From Gracilinanus agilis (Eukaryota): a stretch of 64,000 bases of DNA. Of the stretch, positions 12,189 to 24,546 are shown in pieces. The DNA lies in the NCBI RefSeq assembly GCF_016433145.1, contig NC_058130.1, forward strand, positions 10,049,724-10,113,723. Reading direction: 5' to 3'. How positions within the stretch are numbered: the stretch's first letter is position 1; each line of letters opens with the position of its first letter. The translations under genes and the position numbers were made by a program. The notes beneath the pieces were generated by a model. It did no database searches and had not been told where the DNA came from. It saw nothing but the letters and a program-made list of their open reading frames with translations.

Positions 12189-14239
12189 GTAACTAACCCT
12201 TCCAGTAAATTCATCTACAGATAGCACTCACCCCCTGCTACCTTCCTTGCCCAGCTCACCTTTGTGTCCCAGTGTGAAGCACTTTAGTCAAACTGTTTGG
12301 TTGGTCCCCCCTGTCTGATGGCCCAGGCTGTGGTCCACTTCTTTGGCAAGAAGGGTTGTTCTAGCTGCCTGGTGGAGTCAACAAAGTTGCTGGCTTTGTG
12401 AATATGAGAGGCTGGAGCGTGTGATACACTGGAGTCTAGCTCCATGTCCTAGCACAATCTGCCCATTCACTGTGAGGACCTTAGGCAGTTCAAGAATCCC
12501 TAAGTGTTAGACTACCTAATTCTGTGTCTTGGAAGAGGCCCCTTAACTTCCTTATCTGCATAATGGAGATGATAATCATTAATAATAAACTTAGCTTTTT
12601 CTGAAAGTAAGTTTATACCTTGATGGCTCATACAACCCCTTGTTCTTAAAGGGAGTGAGCCCCCATTCTCCTAGGATAGCTGGGGGGTGGGTGGGGGGGT
12701 AGAAACAATGGACTTTGACACCTGGTTCCTTTATTAAGATGCTCTACCCATCCTTTAATTAATCAAAGACCTGAGGCAGCATGGATAGATGAAGCCATTT
12801 TGATTTTAAGCATCTCTGTGGAGTTATAGAGGGATAGAGACTCTCAAAAGTAAACTTAGGAGAGACATCATGGCAGAACCATTAAAGGAGAGGCCTTATC
12901 TCATTTGGCCACAGCACCCTCAAAACTATGGGCCCTTTCTATTAGCCTTGCAGTAGAATCCCTTCCATATGTGACCTCCAGGAGAGCGGGGACTATTTGA
13001 TTTTATTTTTCAGAATTCTTCCCCGACAATGCCTGCTAGACCCTCACAGTTATTACCCTGTGAGGCAGAAGGAAATGGACATGAGAGATACAAGGCTTAG
13101 GTTGGAGTCCTACTTCCATCATTCACTCTATAAGGGACCTTGATCCTCTGCATCGTTATGATGCTCAAAAGAACATAATATGGCAATGCTTTGGTGGGTG
13201 GGGTTGGTCAGTTCATTTTAGTTTCTGGGTCACTGTCAGGACAGAGTAAATTGTTGTTTTCATTGTATGGATAAGGAAACTGAGGCCTACAGAGTCTAAA
13301 CAATTTTCCCATGGAGACAACTGGTTATCTGGTAACACTAAGCTAGGAATTCTTGAACTGTCTAAGTCCTTGTTAAGTCTCATTCCTTGCATCTCCAAGG
13401 GCACTTGGGCAGGTGTGTTGTAACCAAGACCAGCTCACCAGAGTCCTCAAAACACCTTACAAACTACTGTCTGAAGTCAAGAGCCCTCTGCCAGGATTGA
13501 TCTGAGAAGATATTTATTTTACTAATAGATCATTTATAAAATTCAAAAATTAAAATTTGAGAGTTTAGGGGTTGGTAGACCAGTAAGCCATGAAGTTTTA
13601 GGTACCAGTATTCCTGGTAGATGAAGAATTTTCTTAATGCTTGGGGGGTGGCAGAAGGATGAAAAGATGCCATTTTATTTCATTCTTTCATTCATACATT
13701 GTTCTGAGGAGCACAGGAATAATGGTGTAGGTATGCTGGGAGAATGTAAGCTCCTTTAGGGCAGGTGCTACTTCATATCTGTCTTGGGATACACAACTCC
13801 TAGAACAATATCTGGCACGTAGCAGGCCTCTAATAAATGTTTAAGAGGTTCAACTGGCATATATTTTTAGATATTGAGACTGTGGGGGACTCAGGCAGGA
13901 TAGCAAACCTTGTATATTAGAGCTGGGAGGAACTTCCAAACTCCTCATTTTCAGAAAAGAGGAAGGTCCAGAAAGGGAATGGTATTGCATTTGAGAATTC
14001 AAAGGTTGGTTTATTTCCTGAATGAGGTTAGATGATCTCTCTCAGGACCTTGGTTTCCTTTCTTGTAAAAAGAGCCCTCTATGATCTCTTCTGGTGTGAA
14101 CATTTTCTAACTCTTGGTAGAGCTTGGTTATAGCACCATGGACCAGAATCAGGGGAGGGGCCACTGGAGGGTGTGTGGCTAAGGGCAGAACATGGCACAA
14201 GGACCTGGACACAAATATGTCAATCTTATTTTTCCTCAG

Positions 14240-14333
14240 ATAATTCCTTATTTCTCTACATGCAATAATGCATGCCTACGGCGTAGTGCAACTATATTCA
14301 GCTGTCCAGAAATAATCAGACCAGTAGGACCAA
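14240..14333 (+). CDS. IL17RB: IL17RB exon 9 (IIPYFSTCNNACLRRSATIFSCPE...)
   Basis: 94 nt; PYF.TC...C.R....CP motif; CAA|GTAAGT donor. Confidence 0.92.
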
Positions 14334-14804
14334 GTAAGTATCTTTTTTTAAAAACTCTAAGTCACGGTTCCTTCACCATACCAGAGGGGAGTGTCCTATA
14401 CAAAAAGAGTGGCTAGGTCAGCTCTACAGGCTTTCCAAGGCCCTAAGACAGAACCTCCAACCTTAGAGAATATCTAGTTAGAGGAGGAATCTCCCTATGG
14501 AATCACAGGGAAAGAACAACCAACATGGGGTGAGCCAACATAGGATGAGATGCATCCCGACAGGAAGGGATGGAGGGAGATGGGAGGGGAGCTTCATCTT
14601 GTTCTGCCTGTTTTTCCTGGGTCTGATGAGCTCCTACCAGCACCATTCAGATCTGAGAATGATATTGTTGCTCAAAAAGTTCCCTAGACTTTCTTCTGGC
14701 CATGGAGAGACTCCATCTTGAGCTTGCAGTGGGGAATGAGAGAAGGCACCATCAGAGAGAAACCATATTTAAATGTGGTTGTGGTTCTGTTTTTTCCTTG
14801 CTAG

Positions 14805-14906
14805 AGAAAAGCCAACCATGGAAATATCAGCTGTTCATCATCCTACCCACTCTGGGCATGGCCCTGTGGATGCTAGCTATTGGACTCTATCTTCTGTGGA
14901 GGCATG
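14805..14906 (+). CDS. IL17RB: IL17RB exon 10, transmembrane helix (LFIILPTLGMALWMLAIGLYLLWRH)
   Basis: 102 nt, phase 1-1; hydrophobic run ending WRH as in human; ATG|GTAAGA donor. Confidence 0.92.
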
Positions 14907-17305
14907 GTAAGAGCCCCAGCCCATGCGTGTGCACACCTGCTGATGCTGTTGCTGTAACTGAGCTTCAGATAGGTCTTAAAATATGCCTATTCTTTGTGAC
15001 CTGTGAACAGCAGCTGAAATGTGATGGGACTGGCTTGGCCTGTGGGGTCAGGAGACTACAGCTTGAGTCCCAGCCCTGCCACGCAACAGTTCTATCACCA
15101 TGGACAGGTCCTTTCACTCGTCTGTCTCTCAATCTGTATGAAATGGGTTTGACGGATCAGCATAGAACTCAGGTGTTCAGGACGATGAACGCCTTTTTAA
15201 AACAAGAAGGGTGATAAATCATTGTTCAGCACTCTCTTATATGAAAAGGAATGTAGCCCATGCAGGGGAAAGGGAAGGAGCAGGGCCATTCGGGTGTCTC
15301 GGCTGGAAGTCCAAAAGGAAAGCGTTCCTGCAGAAGGCTGACCTTCTCAGCGCTGACTGTGTTCTAGGACGGGCCTGTAGGTCCAGTGACTCTCATTCAC
15401 TGGCCCAAGTCACAGACGTAGTTATCTCCCACCGACAAATGAGCCATATTTCCCAAGTGGAACAACCTTCATTTGCCAAAGGTACTTATTGATGCTGGAA
15501 ACAAACTCTGCCCCCACCAGGCAGGCAGCCAGCCCCTGTCTGATGTTTGATTTCCTTATTTTGTATTTGTATGACTTTATAAGTAACTCTCAAGATCATT
15601 TCCAAAACAGCCAACCACTGAAGTGAACGGTAAGTGGGGAAGCTTGTGAAGAGCACTTCACGATGATGTTGTTGCTCATGACTGTCCCGATAATTAGATG
15701 CCTACAAGAGAAGCTTCATGGCCTGGGGAGGAAATTGTTTCCATGTTCATTCTCTTCAAGAGCTAACGTTCTCAGCTTCAAGCTCTGTGAATTCGGAAGG
15801 GCAGTGCTTGTATAGTTCCAAGCCCTCACATAGCTGATGCGGCTTGGATGGATTGATGAATTGACATGCATGGGTGTTTGTTCAGCCCTTCTAATTCCTC
15901 ATAGCTCCCAGGAGTAGGGAACGGATGTATAAATATACATAAACACTCTTTATAAGTCTTCTAAGTCCTCTTCATAGCGTGAAAGTGTCCCAGAGGTTTA
16001 GAGGCCTTCAGTAGCAAAGCACGGACAGACAGGTCCTTCCTACTGCATATTTCTGTAACACAGATGGTAGAATCTCATTAAATGGAGCCCCTGGACATAT
16101 CCTAATAATGGGCTACTCCAGTGGAAGCAGGTGAAGAGATGCCGCCACCTCCTGGCCCCTGATGGGATGAACATGAATCCTTGAGATTTATTGGTAGCTG
16201 GGCCCATCCTATGAGGTCTGGGGCTCTTTGCTCCAAAATCCTCCTTTTTGGGGGGAGGACATGAAGGCCCAGAGATGTGGAGTGACTGATGCCAGGTGAC
16301 TCAGTATTTAAAATCAGTATCTTTGACTCCAAACCCAGTATTAGCCCTTATCCATGCACTCTTCATATTCAAAGACTTTGAAAAGGGAAGTATGTAAGAT
16401 CAGAAAGCCATCAACCAGAACAACCTTAGCTTGGATTGAATTCTTCCATAAATTAAGTTAAAATTTGCTGCTATTTAAGCTGATCCAACTTGAGCCAGAA
16501 TTTTATCAATTTTAGACACTGAAACTTTGCTATGTGTATAGATATAGCAGGAAGAAAACACATTTCTTTATAACTGGCTCCCACCTAGATCCTCTCTTGT
16601 TGACTAAAAACAAAAGTTTTTGGAGATTTCAGCTTACAGTTCTCTCCCATCTGATCCCAGGAGCAGTTCTTATGTCAATAATTATGTTAGTTGTCATCAT
16701 TCTCTTCATCTGGGATTTGACGGAGTTCAGATAGAGATGGTCCTAGGGCAGGTCAGGAATCCAACCATCATTCTTTCATGGTTAGTATGTGGCCAACTTT
16801 TACAAAGGCAGAGAAAACAACAGCTTCTGGCAAGTGAATAAAAGTTGAGACAGAAGCTCCTCTTCCTTCTGGAGGTTCTTTGAAAACATCTTCAGTGCTC
16901 TTCTCTTAGCAGATGGGACAACAGTGATGTGTTTCGACTTCTGGTCAGTTCTCTACTCTGAGAGCTTTGCATTCCATAGAAAGTCGAGGTGATGAGTATT
17001 TGGATGGTCATAGCTATAAAAATGTTGTTTGTATCTTATCTGTAAAGATGGGCCTCTCCTTCTGGTAGGTTATGTGTTGACTTCTCAAAGTTTTTTCAGG
17101 GTTTACATTTATAGCAGGTTAGTTTATGAAGAACAAAGCTGAGCTCCTGGTACCACTGGAGGGGGAGGAGGCATGGCGGAAGGCCTGGGCTAGGGTGGCA
17201 GCTTAATCTAACCTAGTGAGGCAGGCACAGAGTGAAACCACCTTCCTAGTACCCTTCTTTTCTCCATCTCTCCCGGCTAATGAGAATATTGTCATCTGTT
17301 CACAG

Positions 17306-17805
17306 AAAGAGTCAAGAAGATTCTCTTTCACACCCCAGTGCTCCTTCCACCCATCAAGGTGCTTATCATATACCATCCCCATGTCTGCTTCTATCACTCT
17401 GTCTGTGATTTTGCCGAGTACCTGCAGGATCACTGCAGAAGCGACATCATCCTTGACCAGTGGCAGAAGAGGAAAATAGCAGAACTGGGCCTCGTCCTGT
17501 GGCTCACTACCCAGAAGAAGGTGGCAGACAAAATTGTATTCTTCTTCTCTAGCCAGGTGTGCACATGTGAGAGCTTCTGTAACCCCAATGCAGGTGGGCA
17601 TAGAGAGAGTTCCCAAGACCTCTTTACTCTGGCATTTAACCTTTTCTGTAGTGATCTGAAAAGCCAGGTTTCCTTGCACAAATACCTTGTCGTCTTGTTT
17701 GGGAAAGCCACCTTGGCTGAGGATCACAGTGCTCTTGGTGTTTGCCCCAAGTACCAGCTGATGAAGGATGCCAAGCCCTTCTGTAAAGACCTCCTTACAA
17801 TTTAG
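17306..17805 (+). CDS. IL17RB: IL17RB exon 11, SEFIR domain to stop
   Basis: CACAG acceptor; ERVKK...LLPPIKVL...HCRSDIILDQWQKRKIAELG...SSQDLFTLAFNLFCSDLKSQ...CPKYQLMKDA; TAG at 17803-17805. Confidence 0.96.
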
Positions 17806-17929
17806 TCCTGGAGACTGGCTGTACGCCTCAGGGCTCACCCCAGCTCATTTCCCTGAATCACAAGGAGAGGAAGGATGAAGGGACCAGGAGAAGTAGAGCC
17901 TGATTCTAGCTCTGGAAGTGGAGGGGAAA

Positions 17930-18440
17930 ATTGCTCAAGAATTTTCCTCATGGGAGTTTATCTGTCAATTGGGAAATGGCTGGACAAGTTGATTGTGATA
18001 GAGTACTATTGTGCTATGAGAAATGAATAGGAAGAACTAAAAAAAACCTGCAAAGACTTCCACGAATTGATGCAGAGAGAAGTGAGCAGAACCAGGAGAA
18101 CACTGGACACAGTATCAGCAATCCTGAAAAACTATGAATGAATGACCTGCCTTTTCTCAGTAATCCAAAGATCCCAAACAATTCTGAAGGGGTCTCCACT
18201 TCCAGAGACAGAAGTGATGGAGTCTGAATGCAGATGGAAGCAGACTGTTCTTCATTTTATTTTGTGTGTGTGTGTTTTCTTTCACAACATGACTAATATG
18301 GAAATGTTTTGCATGATTATACATATATAACCTATATATCAAATTGCTTACTGTCTAAGAGAGGGAGAGGAGGGGAAGGAGAGTTCTGAATCTGGAACTT
18401 ACAATTTTTTTAGATGAATGTAAAACTTTTTTACATGTAA
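17930..18440 (+). mobile_element. Old L1 3'-end fragment just after the IL17RB stop
   Basis: TACTATTGTGCTATGAGAAATGA...TGATGCAGAGAGAAGTGAGCAGAACCAGGAGAAC, similar to the L1 end at 60700-60830. Confidence 0.7.
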
Positions 18441-19209
18441 TCGTGTATTGACACGAAGCTCTTATTCAATAATACCTTCCACCTTTTGGAAGAGGAATGT
18501 GTAGTCAACTTCTTGGGGGAGAGAGTGCATGCTAGAAAACCAGAAGGGAAAGGAAGGTTTTAAGACACTGTGAACTAGTCTCCCAGTCATACCTTTTTAG
18601 CCACATAAACATTTGCCAAGCGTATGATGTAGAACTTGTTATTTCTGTTCTTTTTCACAAATGTCCATAAAGAGTGAATGATGACTTCAAAGTAACGTCT
18701 ACCAAACATCTGTTATATGTAAAACACAGTGTAATGGGGGTTTATTAGGGGAGGGAATATTAGCTAAATATGTTCTAGTTCTTGCCCTCAAGAAGCTTAC
18801 TTCCCAGTAAGGCACATGACAAACACCCAGGTAACTCCACTGGAGAGTGACTATCATCAGCACAGAACAGCCCAATCAAGGGCTCTAGGAGTTCAGCAGA
18901 GTGGGGCAAGTTTCCTTTCCTTTGGGGGAATCCAAGAAAGCTTCACTGAGGATGGGAGACTGAGATGTCCCCTGAAGAAAAGGCAAGATTTCAATAGGGG
19001 GAGAGCATTGCAGGTAGAGGAATGAAAAGGGGCATTGGGCTAACGTAGAACTTACATTTGGGGAAGGCAACTGGTATGGCTACACTGGGATAAAAGGTAG
19101 TAAAGTCAGCTATTTTGAGATAAAGCCAGAAAAGAGAGAGGGATCTAAATCCACTGGGCCTCGAAAGCCAGGCTAAGAAACCAATCAGGGAATAATCTGC
19201 AGATTAGAC

Positions 19210-20130
19210 AAAATAACTAACTCATTTGGAAGAACAAAAGGTCAAAATCTCAAGGAAAATGATTAAAAAAAAAAAACCTGGAATGAGAGGGGATGAACAC
19301 TTCCCGAGGTCAAACTGTACCACTAACAGGAATCATTTACACTAACTAGTTCTTCTGAAAAATAGAAAAGCACGTCAGCCAAGCAACCTGGACGATGTAG
19401 AATCAGAAATAATGGAACCTAAACTATAGCCAGGTTCAAAAACCTGAGAAGGTCAATTACTGAGGGGAATACGTTTCCTATTAGATAGGAATTGCTGCAA
19501 AGCTAAAAAGGCATCTGAAAGAAAATGGGTTCAGATCACTGTCTTCTACCACACCCCACAATATGCTCAAACCCTAAATATGAATACACAAGTTCCCACT
19601 ACAAAAAAAATCAGACAAGAATCAGATGTATAGATACCTTTTACAGGTTATACTGAACAAATGACAGAAATGGTCATAAAAGATAAAAACAGCTCGTTTT
19701 GATGCATTAACAATATAACTGGGAAACTTTTTGGAAGGAAAAGCCTTTTGAATCAGAAATCTGATAAGGATCTGACATCCAAGATATACAGGGAACAAAT
19801 ACAAATAAACGTACTCCAATGAAAAGGAGCAAACAGTTCTCCAAAGAATTGTAAATTATTAACAACCATGTGAGCTATTGATCCAAGCCATGAATAAGAG
19901 AAATCAAAACAACTCTAAGGTTTCTTCCTGTGCTCAAAAAATTGGCAAAGATGACAAGATGAGCAGTCATGTGCAAGAGGTCATGGGTCCAGCCTTTCTG
20001 GACGGCAGCTGGGGATAAGCTAGGAACATGACTCAAGAGCATCCCCTCGAGTCCAGGAGCAGCTAGCACAGCACAGACTCGGATGGTTCCCCCTAGGCAG
20101 CACTCGGGGAAGCAGTAGAGAAGGGGCAGC
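19210..20130 (+). mobile_element. Degraded L1 ORF2 fragments
   Basis: CATTTGGAAGAACAAAAGGTCAA and CTGATAAGGATCTGACATCCAAGATATACAGGGAAC parallel the L1 at 59.2-60.3 kb. Confidence 0.6.
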
Positions 20131-21794
20131 CAAGGCGATGCCTGAGGATCTGACAATGGCTAAGCAGGCCTTAAGTAGTCTACAAGATGGTAAAATATGT
20201 CTCTGCCCTAAGAATTCTGAGACACTTGGAGGCCTGCACAGGCTGAAGAGCGTGGAGGGTGGGGAACCAGGGAAGTGACATGAGGCAACCGAAAGAACAA
20301 TGAGACCCTAAATGCCCTGCAGTCATCCTGCCCAAACTGGGTCCCAAAGAAGCCAGGAGAGCTTGCGGCCCCTCCTCTCCTTCTGCGGTCAGCGTCACTG
20401 AGCTCTGTGCCCATCCTTTACTTCTCCCCCTGGGCTCTCCCGGTTATCCCTTACTTCTCACATTGGGGTCTTAAAGTGGGGGCCCTTAGGAAGGGGAAGT
20501 TTACAAAAGGTATTTGGAGAAACAGTTTCTAAGAAGGAAAAGAAAGCTAGGTTCCACAGAAGCATCAAACTGGTGGGAGGACATCCACATGTTTGCCACT
20601 TTAAGCCTTTCTCAGTCTCTCAATTCTAGCCCCTTCCCTGGGCAGAGCTTATTCGCAGCCTGTATTTACTGTTCAGCTGTTTGCCTGCCATTTTCCCCAT
20701 TAGACTGTGAGCTCCTGGAGGGCAGAGGCCGTCTCCTGCGGCGGTCTGAATCCCAACACTTGGCTGGCTGACACTCTCCCATCCCCAAGTCCTAGAGAGT
20801 ACGAAAATCAGTGCCTCGTTTTGCAGGATCTTCCTGAAGTGAAGCCCCTTTTGTCCCCTGCAGCTATGAGGGACTGAGCTCAGGGATGGCCCATTTGCTC
20901 AGGCCGAGGAGCCCTGGGAGGTGGCAGTGGACAAGAGTCCCGGTTCTGCCAGCCCCTTCACTTGCTTCTCCAAAGAGGTTCCTGGCGGGCCGCCATCCCC
21001 AGGCAGCAGCTTCTGCGTTCTGGGTTCGTTCGTGATGAGGATGTCAATAGGTCAGCTGCGCCGATGTTGTAACCGCCTGGTATTACAGGAACGGATGAAG
21101 GAAGCCTTTATGAAGTATCTACTGTGTGCCCAGCACTGTGCTGAGAAGCACAAGAGCCGCTGAACCTTGGAGGTGGAAGAAGCCTTGCTGGTCACATGCT
21201 CCAGCCCCCTGGACTTTCGGTGCCAACACTGGACAAAGGCCCTGGATGTCCCGGGAGGCCAATGAGCTCTGTTTCCACTCGGTCCTCGCAGCTCGTGTCC
21301 AGGGCGGCTGGCAGATGTTCTGTGGCTTCATCCTTGAGTGGATGCGTCTGCAGTGGGGCCTCCATCCCCTCAGCAAGGCAGCCGGATCAGACACAACTTC
21401 CCACAATGTGGGCTCCCCACGGCTGCACAGCACGGCAGGACGTGGGCTCCCTTTTGCTTTGCATTCAGGATTGGCCAGCACGCACGGGAAGGGAGGCCCG
21501 TGGGAAGAAGCCGCACGCGAGCCTGGGTGGGTCAGGCCTGGCCTCCGCGTGGCCTCGGTCTCACAGAGGAAGCGAGACCAGAATGCAGACTCCTGAGTGG
21601 GAATGGGCAGAGGGGGAAGGTGGCGCCCTACAATCACGTGTTCTCTCCACAAGCCGGGGGGCCACCATCCTGGGGACGGCCGGCTGAGCCCACCCTACAG
21701 GAAGGACACGCCATCCACCGACCATGTCTGCAGCTCTGCCCGTGGTGGCTCGTGTGGCAAAGAAGGCGGCACGACAGCAAGGCAAGGCCAAACG

Positions 21795-21800
21795 TTTATT
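21795..21800 (-). terminator. ACTR8: ACTR8 polyadenylation signal AATAAA
   Basis: TTTATT on + strand, about 180 nt past the stop; first canonical hexamer seen. Confidence 0.65.
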
Positions 21801-21979
21801 CCAAAGTGCCCGACCACAGCCCACGAGGCGATTCTGAAACGGAGGCCGCGCGAGCCCCCGCAGAGCCGCTTCCACGTCTCGTCCGACAAGCCCCCAACCC
21901 AAGGACAATAAATAGGAAAAAAGGAGACACGAGTCTTCCATACCGCGTGGCTTGCTGTCCCGCGCGGCGCGCTCCGGGC

Positions 21980-22123
21980 TCACCACACGAAGGCCGCTCG
22001 CTCGCGCAGCATTCGCACTCCAAAGCGCTGCCACTCCCGCTGGTAGACCCACAGCTCCTGCGTGGTGTCTAGGCAGGCCAGCACGGCTCCGCCCTTCCAC
22101 GCGATGAGGCGAGGATCCATGTC
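21980..22123 (-). CDS. ACTR8: ACTR8 exon 13 (DMDPRLIAWKGGAVLACLDTTQELW...AAFVW*)
   Basis: 144 nt; actin-fold C-terminus; TGA at 21982..21980. Confidence 0.97.
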   Translation of the reverse strand, partial: DMDPRLIAWKGGAVLACLDTTQELWVYQREWQRFGVRMLRERAAFVW

Positions 22124-22198
22124 CTGTCACACAAGACACACACTGAGGGGCAGCCGGAGCCCAGAGCATGCGCCGAGTGCTGGGCCAGCACCCAAGAG

Positions 22199-22272
22199 GG
22201 ACCGAGACCCGAGAGAGGGAGGCCCGAGAGAGGGAGGCCCCGAGAGGGACCGAGACCCGAGAGGGAGGCCCC
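22199..22272. repeat. GC-rich minisatellite (CCCGAGAG(AG)GGAGG / GGACCGAGA units) in ACTR8 intron 12
   Basis: About 5 degenerate tandem units, visible directly. Confidence 0.75.
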
Positions 22273-23228
22273 TTTCTGTCAAAGCCCTCGCTGCTGCGGG
22301 AAGTGGCTTTTACCATGATGAGGAGCCTTAAGCAAAGCCCCGCCGGGCCTCGGGCTACAACGATGCCCCGGCCAGTGCCCGTCCTGGAGCCTTCACCTTC
22401 GGGCCCAGAGCGAAAGGCTTCCCCTGGACCCCGAGCCTGGCCGTCCTGGCTGTCTGGCTTCTAATTCCTGAGCCCACGGAGAGGGATGCGCGGCCTGTAA
22501 GGCCTGAGGGGCAGAGAGCCCTCTCCACGGTCAGCGATCCTGGGGCCGAGGGAGCAGGAAGGGGAGTCCACAGGTGCAGGGGCGGCTTCGGGCTCTTGGG
22601 GCCCTACTTCCCAAAGGAGCCCACAGAGATAACCTCTGAGGCTGAACCACAAGGCCCAAGTGGCCCCCAGCCTGCTCTTAAGGGTCAGTGACCCTCGTGG
22701 CTGCCCAGATTCCAGCCCTCCTCCACAGAAGGCTGGGGAGTCCTGGGACTAGAGGCGGGGAGGTCCTCCCAGGCCTTCCCTCCACTGTGCCTCCCACTAC
22801 ATTCTTCCCAGGGGGGGATTGTGGGGAACTGGGGAGACTCTGTACACAGCCTCAGAGGTAGCCAGGAACACTTGAACCCTCCACCTGACCTGAGAGCCCC
22901 GCAAACCTCTTTTCCCACTAACTCACGCCTCCCCGGATCTTGTCCTGGGCCAACCTGGCCCGAAGAGCCGCCTGCTGGCCACAGGGGTGCTCAGAAAAGG
23001 GAGGGCCACCCCCACTCTCCAGAAACTCACCGTCTGATGGGGAAGATGCCACCACGTGGCTATGGACACACGGGGACTGGACAGGGAGAGGGGCACCAGG
23101 GAGCCCACGGGAGGTCTGTGTGAGCCAAGGGGTGGCGCCACTCCAGAACCCCTCGGCTTCCCTGGGCCTCAGTCTCTTGGCAGGGAAATGGGAACATGGG
23201 GCGAGTGAAAGCCCGCCGTCGCTCCTAC

Positions 23229-23392
23229 CTTTGGCCTTGTGATGACTTCCACGTTTTCGACGACCCTCCGGAAGGATGGGGGCATCTTGTTCAGGATTCG
23301 GTGCTGCAGGAACTCCTGGGCCTTGGGGAACATCAGGCCGCCCCCCACCACCAAGATGGAGCTGTACATCTTCTTCTTTGTGTCATCTGAGG
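23229..23392 (-). CDS. ACTR8: ACTR8 exon 12 (SDDTKKKMYSSILVVGGG...ITRPK)
   Basis: 164 nt; AG/GT flanks. Confidence 0.96.
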
Positions 23393-23597
23393 CTGCGGAG
23401 ACAGGAGTGTCCCCACTCTCTCAGGCTAGGTGTCCTGCGGCCCGAAAGCCCCACGTTCTGGCCGAGCCTCTCCCCACCCCCACCCCAGGTCTGCTGAGGG
23501 CTCAGACCCTCTGAAGTGCTGCAAGAGGACTTCCTGTCACTACTATATCACAGCCAAGGAGGGGGCCCAGAGGGTGTCCGCCCACCCGGGTCCTCAC

Positions 23598-23862
23598 CGC
23601 AGCAGTCGATGCTGTGCAGGATGGCCTTGTCCAAGCCGAGCGCTTTGCCCTCAAACTGGGAGACGGCGGTCTTCCTGGACATGAGCGCCGTGGGGGCCTC
23701 CTCAGACTCGTTGGCCCCCATCAGGCAGTCGCTCTGGGACGGCCCCAGCTCCACCTCCTGGGGATGGAGCCTCTCCGGTAGGTCTGAGGCCTGACTGCGC
23801 AGGTCGCTGTCGAAGCCCCCCGGCTTGGCCATGGACTTGCGGTCAGCAGTCGCCTTCGAGGA
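23598..23862 (-). CDS. ACTR8: ACTR8 exon 11 (SSKATADRKS...ALGLDKAILHSIDCC)
   Basis: 265 nt; AG/GT flanks; phase 0-1. Confidence 0.95.
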
Positions 23863-23933
23863 CTTAAGAAAACCAAAAGAGGTGGGTGAGGGGGCAGCGG
23901 GGCGGCTGGGGGGATAAAGTCAGGCCCGGAGAT

Positions 23934-24546
23934 TGTGTTCCTGGAAATCAGGGGGGTCCGTTACTATCCTATAATGCAAAGGTTAAATGCTTTGGAGAGT
24001 AATTTCAGGGTAAGAGCCTTGCGAGCTCCCCGAATCCAAAAAGTGAAGTGCTCGGACAAGGAAGGCACCTCGAAGATGCCTGCAGAGCCCTTACGTGACC
24101 CCAAGAAGACCAGAGTGAAGTCTGGGGTGCAGAGACTTGAACTGGGGAGCTGAACGCACACCCTTTTGCCAATGTGCCCAGCAATCATCGGATCTTGGCT
24201 TCTGTCTTCTTTTCTCTTTATCCCCAAATGACTGTCATTTAAAACTTGGTCATGTTTAAAGATCCATCGGAGAGACCGATCTTCCTCGGATGGGGGGGCC
24301 TTATTGGAAATTTGGGGCCTTTGAACTACATTCCCAAGAGCCCACTGGCTTCCTGTCGCTACGCGCTGACGTAGACGGGCACAAGCCTGAGGGCTCCTGG
24401 GCGATCTCTTTCCTTCCTACGGCGGCCTGGTGGAGCTGTTTGAACAGGGCGCTTATTTATTCCTTTACTTCTAGTGATTACTAATAAATCTTATAAAACA
24501 CGATATTTTTAAAGGTATTTATTTTATATTCATTTTAATTTCTACA
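23934..24546 (+). mobile_element. Solo LTR in ACTR8 intron 10, antisense to the gene
   Basis: TG...CA ends; AATAAA at 24483; imperfect 4-bp TSD AGAT/AGCT; its 3' motif GTGATTA.TAATAAATCTTATAAAA recurs at about 52442 (+) and 58625 (-). Confidence 0.7.

Noticed and set aside
15381-15481. Possible cryptic IL17RB exon (CTGTAG...AAG|GTACTT)
   Set aside because: Weak pyrimidine tract, early in-frame TAG, no homology support
17203-17838. 211-aa minus-strand ORF
   Set aside because: Antisense shadow of the IL17RB SEFIR exon
21119-22464. Cluster of long ORFs (up to 251 aa) on both strands
   Set aside because: Stop-poor GC-rich shadows over ACTR8 exon 13 and its 3'UTR; no recognisable domain
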